Notes under the pieces: generated by a model
Databases searched by the model: none
What the model saw: only the letters and a program-made list of their open reading frames with translations
What the model was told of the DNA's origin: nothing
Position numbers and translations under genes: made by a program
Assembly: GCA_020847045.1 (NCBI GenBank)
Contig: JADLCT010000097.1
Coordinates: forward strand, 48,709-112,708
Direction of reading: 5' to 3'
Length of the DNA stretch: 64,000 nucleotides
From: Bryobacterales bacterium
Lineage (GTDB): Bacteria; Acidobacteriota; Terriglobia; Bryobacterales; Bryobacteraceae
Shown: in pieces, positions 57,665 to 64,000 of the stretch
Layout of the letters: every line of letters starts with the position of its first letter
How positions within the stretch are numbered: position 1 is the stretch's first letter

Positions 57665-59608
57665 ATGGCGCATCCACAAAGGCAAGCGGCGTTCACCTCC
57701 TGGCAGGCCCCCGGCCACGAGTTGGAAGTGGTCTATTCCGAGGTAGTCCTGCACGAGATCGTGGTGCAGGCGCTGGATGGACTGCACGCCCTGCCGGGCA
57801 GCGGCCTGGAGGCAGGCGGCGTCCTGTTCGGCACCGCCGACGAAAGCGAAGTCCGCATCACGGCCGCCCGCGAGCTGGCGTGCTCCCACGCCTTGGGCGC
57901 GAACTTCATTCTGAACGAGGCCGACGAGTCGCGCCTGGACCGTCTGCTCACTTATTACAAAGAAGACCCCCTGCTAGGCGGCCTGGCTCCGGTGGGCTTC
58001 TATGTCTCCCGCACCCGCCGGGCCCTGTCGCTGTTTGAGTCCGACATAGCGTTGCTCCAGAAGTATTTCCCACTGGCGCAGCAGCTTGTTCTGGCAGTGA
58101 AGGTGGAGCGCGGCCGCGCGGCCCGTGCCGGCATCTTCCTGCGCGAGCCCGACGGTAGCCTGATTGCCGGGCGGTCCCACAAGGAGTTTGAAGCCGCTCC
58201 GGCATCCGAGTCGGGCCTACGCGTGATGTCGAAGGCGGAGCGTGAGGCCGTGCTGCCGGCTCGGCCCGTCCCGGCAGCCATTGCCTCCGGAGAGGCGGAC
58301 GCCGCGCCCGCCGGCGCCCAGCCCGGCTTGGCCGAAACTGGCTTACATGGACCCGCAGGGGCCGCTGCCACCGGTGCCTGGACAGCGCCCGAGGAGGTCC
58401 TGAACCGTCCGGCGCGTGGCCCGCTGCCCTGGAAGGAAGCCGCCATTGCCATCGCCTGCATGGCCCTGCTGGGCTCCTTCCTTTTTTACATGCGCGGCGG
58501 GTGGGGCACGGCCCCACGCCAGTCCGTGGGCCTGCGGCTGCTGGAACGGAACGGCTTCCTATTAGCCCTGTGGGACAGCGAAGCCAAGCCCATGCAGGGC
58601 CGCACCACCGGGGCGCTCGAAGTGTACGATGGCCAGCCGCGACGCTACATGTTGAACCAGTCGCTGTTGCAGGATGGCCAGTGGCGCATCATCACCACCG
58701 CCGGCAACGTGATGGTGAAACTGCGCCTCGGCGGCAAGGGTGAGTTTGTCGAGACCGCGCGTTATGTCGCCCCCGGCGCCAGCTTGCACACGGCGGGCGC
58801 GCCGGCGGCCGGCGATGCCCTCTCCACTGAGTGGCAAACCCGGCTGGACGACAAGCAGCGCCGCCTTCAGGAGTTCATCGAAGCCAACAACACCCTCGAT
58901 GCGCAGCGCGAAGCCATGCTCGCCCTGGTGCGCCAGCAACTGGACTCAACCGCGCCGGAAGCCGCCGAACAGCCGCGCCCGCAGGTCCGTTTGCCCGAAG
59001 CCGGTCAGGTACCGGTGCAGCAGACGCTCCCGGCGCCACCGCAAGCCGCCGTCTCCTCGGCGGCCCCCACCGGAGTTCTGCCGCTCGGTTTACAGTCACA
59101 GGGTTTGCGGCCGCCCTCGGCTCCACCACCCTCCGATTCGCTCGCGCCCAGCTTTGCTGACCGCACCCCGGCAACCACCCCAGCAGCCCCGGCACAGGCC
59201 CCGGCGCAGACGCCCGCGGCCGCCCCCGCCCGATCCGGGCGCATCATCTGGACCGGACGGCTCGCCCCCGGCGGCACCGTGCTCATTACTGGCCGCCAAG
59301 CCACCACCGGCACCGTCACCGGGGCCGTTCCCGCGCAACCCGTCCGCATCGGCGTATATCCGGCCGAGCTTGGCCCGCAGGGTTTCATCGCTTACAGCAG
59401 CCATGCGCGCCACAGCCGCGGCGCCGCCGAGCCCGCCGGCGCCGGCAACGGCTGGCAGCCCACCACGTTCGCCTATGACCCCAAACGCGCCCGCAACGTG
59501 GTGGTCGCGCAGCCGCCGTCGTCCAGCAATGGCTGGCAACGCATCCTGTTGCGCGCCGGCTCGCAGCCCGTCACTGCCATTCTCATCGACTGGGAACTGG
59601 TACAGTAA
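57665..59608 (+). CDS. Membrane protein with N-terminal MPN/JAB-like domain lacking the JAMM metal site, Pro/Ala-rich linker, and conserved-looking C-terminal domain
   Basis: LEAGGVLFG...VGFYVSRTRRALSLFESD aligns with the MPN E...HxHx7Sx2D layout but has no His pair. TM segment AIAIACMALLGSFLFY. See findings. Confidence 0.5.
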   Translation: MAHPQRQAAFTSWQAPGHELEVVYSEVVLHEIVVQALDGLHALPGSGLEAGGVLFGTADESEVRITAARELACSHALGANFILNEADESRLDRLLTYYKEDPLLGGLAPVGFYVSRTRRALSLFESDIALLQKYFPLAQQLVLAVKVERGRAARAGIFLREPDGSLIAGRSHKEFEAAPASESGLRVMSKAEREAVLPARPVPAAIASGEADAAPAGAQPGLAETGLHGPAGAAATGAWTAPEEVLNRPARGPLPWKEAAIAIACMALLGSFLFYMRGGWGTAPRQSVGLRLLERNGFLLALWDSEAKPMQGRTTGALEVYDGQPRRYMLNQSLLQDGQWRIITTAGNVMVKLRLGGKGEFVETARYVAPGASLHTAGAPAAGDALSTEWQTRLDDKQRRLQEFIEANNTLDAQREAMLALVRQQLDSTAPEAAEQPRPQVRLPEAGQVPVQQTLPAPPQAAVSSAAPTGVLPLGLQSQGLRPPSAPPPSDSLAPSFADRTPATTPAAPAQAPAQTPAAAPARSGRIIWTGRLAPGGTVLITGRQATTGTVTGAVPAQPVRIGVYPAELGPQGFIAYSSHARHSRGAAEPAGAGNGWQPTTFAYDPKRARNVVVAQPPSSSNGWQRILLRAGSQPVTAILIDWELVQ

Positions 59609-59671
59609 ATTCACACCTCCGCTTGTCCCCCATTTCCACTCCCACGGCCTGGAAATACTATCCTGAATAAG

Positions 59672-60535
59672 ATGAGTAAGAGCGCGGCCGCCAAGGAATT
59701 CGCTTCGGAAACCATCGGCCGCGTCGCGGGCTACTGGAACAGCCGCCCCTGCAACATCCGGCATTCGCCGCTCCCCGTGGGAACGCGTGAATACTTCGAC
59801 CAGGTCGAGGCTCGCAAGTATTTTGTCGAACCCCATATTCCGGCTTTCGCCTGCTTCGACGAATGGAAGGGCAAACGCGTGCTCGAAATCGGCTGCGGCA
59901 TCGGCACCGATACCATCAACTTCGCCCGCGCAGGGGCCCAGGTTACCGCCGTGGACCTCACGGAAAAGTCCATCGAGGTGGCCCGGCAGCGCGCCGAGGT
60001 CTTCGGCTTGCAGGACCGCATCCGCTTCGTATGCGCCAACGCCGAGCGGCTGCGCGAGTTCCTGCCCGCCGAACCCTTCGACCTCATCTACTCGTTCGGC
60101 GTCATCCACCACACGCCGGAACCGGACCGTGTTCTGGAAGAGCTGCGGCATTATATGAAGCCGGAGACCTCCATCCGCATCATGGTGTACAACCGCTGGT
60201 CCTGGAAGGTGCTCTGGATTCTGGCCACCTACGGCAGGTTTCAGTTCTGGAAACTCGACCGCCTGATCGCTGACCAATCGGAGGCGCAAACCGGCTGCCC
60301 GGTGACCTACTCTTACTCCCGCTCCTCTGGGCGGCAATGGCTGGAGCGCCACGGCATCCAGGTCCTCCGCGCCTATGCCGAGCACATCTTCCCGTACTCC
60401 ATCCCCGAGTACGTCCGCTACGAGTACAAGCGCGTTTGGTACTTTCGCTGGATGCCCCGTTTCCTCTTCCGCGCGCTGGAACGCGCACTGGGCTGGCATC
60501 TTTGCCTGATCGGGCGTCCCGCACGGCGGCCCTAG
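59672..60535 (+). CDS. Class I SAM-dependent methyltransferase
   Basis: Motif I VLEIGCGIGTDTINFARAG, with downstream FDLIYSFGVIHHTPEP. Confidence 0.8.
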   Translation: MSKSAAAKEFASETIGRVAGYWNSRPCNIRHSPLPVGTREYFDQVEARKYFVEPHIPAFACFDEWKGKRVLEIGCGIGTDTINFARAGAQVTAVDLTEKSIEVARQRAEVFGLQDRIRFVCANAERLREFLPAEPFDLIYSFGVIHHTPEPDRVLEELRHYMKPETSIRIMVYNRWSWKVLWILATYGRFQFWKLDRLIADQSEAQTGCPVTYSYSRSSGRQWLERHGIQVLRAYAEHIFPYSIPEYVRYEYKRVWYFRWMPRFLFRALERALGWHLCLIGRPARRP

Positions 60536-60636
60536 CCGCGATCCAGGCAGCCGTTGCCGGCCTGAGCAAGAGCGCGTGGGTCCGGTACCAGAAGAGGAAT
60601 TATTGATCCACTGGACCTATGTTTAGGAGGGAATAC

Positions 60637-60653
60637 AAACGTATAATACGTTT
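60637..60653 (+). promoter_or_regulatory. Perfect 8-1-8 palindrome AAACGTAT-A-ATACGTTT containing a consensus TATAAT
   Basis: The only strongly AT-rich stretch of the 210-290 nt intergenic region upstream of the PAS-GGDEF-EAL gene. TATAAT is at 60642-60647. Confidence 0.35.
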
Positions 60654-60745
60654 CTGTACGGAGGCTATTCCTTCCAGGAGGACCCGGCGGCCGGTTCGCG
60701 CGGCGCGCCGGGAGACAGGCCCGTTGGCGCCTGCCGCATCGGGAC

Positions 60746-63703
60746 ATGGGCGGCTGCCGCGGTGACTCTGCGGACAGATCGGTTCCGTCTTGCAACTTGG
60801 AGAAAGGCATACACGAAGAACCGATGCCAACAGGCGGCCAATCCTCGGAAAGCCATCTATTTTCTTCCGTAATCAGTGCGGATGGCAAAAGGAAATCGAT
60901 CATTGCCGGAGAAAAATTCCAGCGCATCTATGGCTGGAGTGCCGCCCGGCAGTCCGAGCCGGGCTTTTGGCTGAGCCTGCTAGACGCTGAAAGTCGCGAG
61001 GCTTACCTCGACGCCCTTGGCCGCGCGATGCGAGAGGGGTGGGCATCGCTGCAATACAGCTTCTCCGACGCCACTGGCCACCGTCACGACATCCACGAAT
61101 ACTTCCAGCGCGAGGCCGCGCCCTCCAGCGAGGAAAGTGCCATCGGCAGCGTCTTTGTCTCCGGACGCGACTTTACGGCAGGTCTGTTCCGGTTTCGCGA
61201 CGAAGTTTGGGATGCCTGGTCTTGCGCCGGTCATGACTTTTTTGCCCAGGCGCTGGCCACGCTCAGCGCGGCCAGCCACGCCGATTATGCTTTTCTGGGC
61301 GAGTTCGAAGCGTCGCCCGAAGGGCCCGTCCTGCAAACCTTCGCCGTGAGAGAAGACGGCCGCGCGGCGGAGAACTTTTCCTTCCCCGTTACGGGGAGTC
61401 CCTTCGAGCAGGCCCTGCGGGGCCAGGTCTGCTTTCAGGATTCCGGAGCGGCGGCCACCTGCGCGGCGCACCCGCACGTACGCGCCGGACGCTGGGCCGC
61501 CTACTACTGTTATCCGCTGAAGGGCTCGGCCGGCCAACCGGTTGGCCTTCTGGCGCTGCTGTTCCGGGAGCCCCAGGCGGGGATTCACCAGTTGGGCGGG
61601 ATGGTGGAGTTGGTCTCCAGCCGCACGGTACTGGAATTCGAGCGTCTGCGGGAGCAACGCCGTCTGACCGAAAGCGAGGAGCGTTTCCGCGAGATTGCCG
61701 AGACGATTCAGGACGGTTTCTGGGTTCTGGACGCCGAACGGGAACGGCTCTCCTACGCCAGTCCGGCGTTTCTACGCATCTGGGGCGGCGCGCTGGAAAC
61801 GCCCCTCGCCGAAGCGCCGTGGCGCGTGCTGCTCACCACGCAGGCCGGACTGCTGCATAAGACGCCCCTCACGCGCGAGTTCCAAATCACGCTCGCCGAC
61901 GGTTCCACGCGCTGGATCCGCGACCGGTCGTTTCCGGCTTCGAGCGCGGGCGGCGGCGGTGGGCGCATCATCGGCATTTGCCGCGACATTACCGACGAGA
62001 AGCTGGGGCTGGAAGCCATCTGGGAGAGCCAGCAGTTGGTGCTCACCGTGGCCAATGCTCTACCCGCTTTGCTCTACCTGTGGGACATCGAGGACGGCCG
62101 CATCACGCTGCTCAACCAGTATTCGCGCGAGATGTTTCAGGCCGGTGAAGGGGAGGATGGCCGCGACCCCGTTGCCGCGCTTCACCCATCGGACCTGGTT
62201 AAGCTCCGTGTCGTCCGCCGCCAACTGGCCGGCGGGGGCGGGCCCGTGAACACGTCGTTCCGCTTACGACAGCCGGACGGCGGCTACCGCTGGTACAGCG
62301 GCCGCGAAACCGTGTTTCAGCGCGGTCTCTCCGGCGGGGCCAAACAGATTCTCGGCGTGGCCCACGACATCAGCGAAAACATACGGCTGGAGCAGGAGCT
62401 TCTGTTCAGCGCTCTACATGACCGCCAGACCTCACTGCCCAACCGCGTACTGTTCGAGGAGCGTCTGGAGCAGGCCGCCCGGCGCAGCCAGCGCGACCCT
62501 GGCCAGGTGGTCAGCGTCGTGCTGCTGGACCTGGACCGCTTTCAGCGCGTCAACGACGGTCTTGGCCACAAGGCGGGCGACGCCGTGCTGGTCGCCCTGG
62601 CCCGCCGGCTGGAGCTCTGCGTGCGCGAAGGCGACACCGTGGCGCGTTTCGGATCCGACGAGTTCGGCGTGCTCATCGAGGGGCTGCAATCGCCCGCCGA
62701 AGCGCATCTGGTGGCCGGACGCCTGCTGGCCACCGTCGGCCAGCCTATCGACGGACAGCCCCAGGAGGTGCTGCTGTCGGCCAGCGCCGGCATCTCGATC
62801 TCACACTCTTCCGGCGCTGACCCGCGCGAGATGCTGCGCGAGGCCGAAATGGCTCTCTCGAGCGCCAAGAGGGCGGGCCGCGGCTGCTACCGCGTCTTCA
62901 ATGCCGCTGAACACAGCGGCACCGCCGGACGCCTGCGTCTGGAATCCGAACTGCGCGCGGCTTATCATTCGAACCAGTTCGAGCTGCTGTACCAGCCCAT
63001 CTGCCACGTTGGCGACGGATCGGTGGCCGGATTTGAATGTCTGCTCCGCTGGCGGCATCCCGAACGCGGACTGCTCTCGCCCGCCGAATTTCTCGATCAC
63101 GCCTGGGAGGCCGGCCTCATGGAGCGCGTCAGTGCCTGGGTGCTTCGTACCGCCTGCGATCGCCTGTCCGGCTGGCTTCGCATCAACCCCGCCATCTATC
63201 TCAGCGTGAACATCGACGGCCGGCAGTTTGCCCAGCCGGACTTTTTCGAACACATCGACGCCACGCTCAGCGCGACGCGCCTGCCCCCGATGGCGCTCCA
63301 TCTCGAGATCACCGAAACGGCGATCTCCGCCAACCTGGAAGAGGCGGCCGCCGTGCTGCGCCTGCTGAAAGAGCGCGGCGCCGGCATCATGCTGGACGAC
63401 TTCGGCATTGGATTCTCCTCCCTCAGCCGCCTCAGCCGCCTGCCCATCGACGCGTTGAAAATCGACCGCAGTTTTCTGGAGTCCATCGGCGGCAACACGA
63501 CCGACCCCGTGGTGCTGCGCGCCATGCTCACGCTGGCCCGCGACCTGAATATGCGCACCATCGTGGAAGGCGTCGAATCCGAGTCGCAGATGCGTCTGCT
63601 GCGGGAGGCCAACTGCCAGTACGCGCAGGGCTACTTCCTCTATCAGCCGCTGGGCCAGAACGAGGCGCAGCGGCTGATCAGCCGTTCACCCGCCAACGCT
63701 TAA
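60746..63703 (+). CDS. Multi-sensor (PAS/GAF) GGDEF + EAL signalling protein
   Basis: The GGDEF position reads GSDEF (RFGSDEFGVLI). The EAL position reads ECL (FECLLRW). Also DDFGIGFSSLS, LKIDRSF and EGVES. The start is uncertain (ATG 60746 or 60824). Confidence 0.85.
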   Translation: MGGCRGDSADRSVPSCNLEKGIHEEPMPTGGQSSESHLFSSVISADGKRKSIIAGEKFQRIYGWSAARQSEPGFWLSLLDAESREAYLDALGRAMREGWASLQYSFSDATGHRHDIHEYFQREAAPSSEESAIGSVFVSGRDFTAGLFRFRDEVWDAWSCAGHDFFAQALATLSAASHADYAFLGEFEASPEGPVLQTFAVREDGRAAENFSFPVTGSPFEQALRGQVCFQDSGAAATCAAHPHVRAGRWAAYYCYPLKGSAGQPVGLLALLFREPQAGIHQLGGMVELVSSRTVLEFERLREQRRLTESEERFREIAETIQDGFWVLDAERERLSYASPAFLRIWGGALETPLAEAPWRVLLTTQAGLLHKTPLTREFQITLADGSTRWIRDRSFPASSAGGGGGRIIGICRDITDEKLGLEAIWESQQLVLTVANALPALLYLWDIEDGRITLLNQYSREMFQAGEGEDGRDPVAALHPSDLVKLRVVRRQLAGGGGPVNTSFRLRQPDGGYRWYSGRETVFQRGLSGGAKQILGVAHDISENIRLEQELLFSALHDRQTSLPNRVLFEERLEQAARRSQRDPGQVVSVVLLDLDRFQRVNDGLGHKAGDAVLVALARRLELCVREGDTVARFGSDEFGVLIEGLQSPAEAHLVAGRLLATVGQPIDGQPQEVLLSASAGISISHSSGADPREMLREAEMALSSAKRAGRGCYRVFNAAEHSGTAGRLRLESELRAAYHSNQFELLYQPICHVGDGSVAGFECLLRWRHPERGLLSPAEFLDHAWEAGLMERVSAWVLRTACDRLSGWLRINPAIYLSVNIDGRQFAQPDFFEHIDATLSATRLPPMALHLEITETAISANLEEAAAVLRLLKERGAGIMLDDFGIGFSSLSRLSRLPIDALKIDRSFLESIGGNTTDPVVLRAMLTLARDLNMRTIVEGVESESQMRLLREANCQYAQGYFLYQPLGQNEAQRLISRSPANA

Positions 63704-63714
63704 CGCCGCCGGGC

Positions 63715-64000
63715 CTACTTCTGGCCCTTGCTGAGCCGCCGGAAGTATTCGGCCACCGGTTCCTGATAGTCCGGCGGCACGGGTTGCGCCGCGGTGCTCC
63801 GCACCTGGCCGCCGTTCTTGCCGTCCAACTCGCGGCGCAGCCGCAGTTCGATCTGTTCCAGACCGGAGAGCACCTGGGAACGCAGCTGCTCGACCAGCTC
63901 AGGGTTGCCGCGGAAGCGCGCCGGATCCAACCGTTGCATGTCGCGAATCAAATCGTTCACCTCCTTGGACATCTCGGGGCTTTCTCCGCCCAACATGCCG
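63715..64000 (-). CDS. Hypothetical protein, C-terminal part (5' end outside window)
   Basis: The frame is open to the window edge with ordinary composition and ends ...PPDYQEPVAEYFRRLSKGQK. No family assigned. Confidence 0.5.
   Translation of the reverse strand, partial: GMLGGESPEMSKEVNDLIRDMQRLDPARFRGNPELVEQLRSQVLSGLEQIELRLRRELDGKNGGQVRSTAAQPVPPDYQEPVAEYFRRLSKGQK

Noticed and set aside
60654-60745. c-di-GMP (GEMM) riboswitch in the leader of the GGDEF-EAL gene.
   Set aside because: I recognised no conserved GEMM-I or GEMM-II core sequences. This cannot be excluded without an Infernal scan.

Overview
This is 64 kb of high-GC, densely coding bacterial chromosome with about 60 genes on both strands. 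The gene content looks acidobacterial (a PEP-CTERM protein, a CarboxypepD_reg-type TonB-dependent receptor, a Reg_prop/Y_Y_Y hybrid kinase, many secreted hypotheticals), but the taxon is inference only.

Main blocks:
- 1-7519: kdpA (partial), kdpB and kdpC, followed by an outer-membrane beta-barrel, a small lipoprotein and two tandem kinase-less KdpD-N/USP sensor paralogs.
- 7674-9289: tRNA-Pro(UGG) followed by a 1.5 kb decayed islet (hicB-hicA-frameshifted HNH endonuclease), closed by a 49-nt tRNA-Pro 3' fragment.
- 9306-11802: a Y-family DNA polymerase operon.
- 11942-13275: a frameshifted cytochrome c/Cu-monooxygenase.
- 13621-16670: flgM-(flgN?)-flgK-flgL.
- Housekeeping genes: gyrA, a PPi-type pfk, trpD, sucCD, ndk, folE.
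- Signalling genes: one hybrid kinase and two GGDEF/EAL proteins.
- Several secreted or anchored proteins of unknown function.

I saw no rRNA, CRISPR array, transposase or integrase.

Best leads:
- Two translationally coupled PTPS/QueD paralogs with complementary losses of catalytic-triad residues, next to folE.
- The kinase-less tandem KdpD-N pair, and the porin embedded in the kdp operon.
- The tRNA-Pro islet with att-like repeats.
- A Y-family polymerase coupled to a Cys-rich miniprotein.
- An Hfq-like Sm protein with a basic N-terminal extension.
- A JAMM-less MPN membrane protein.

I cannot point to one clear-cut novel multi-gene system; these are ranked hypotheses. Refined starts, motifs and repeat coordinates were counted by hand. 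Homology calls come from motif recognition, not from database searches.
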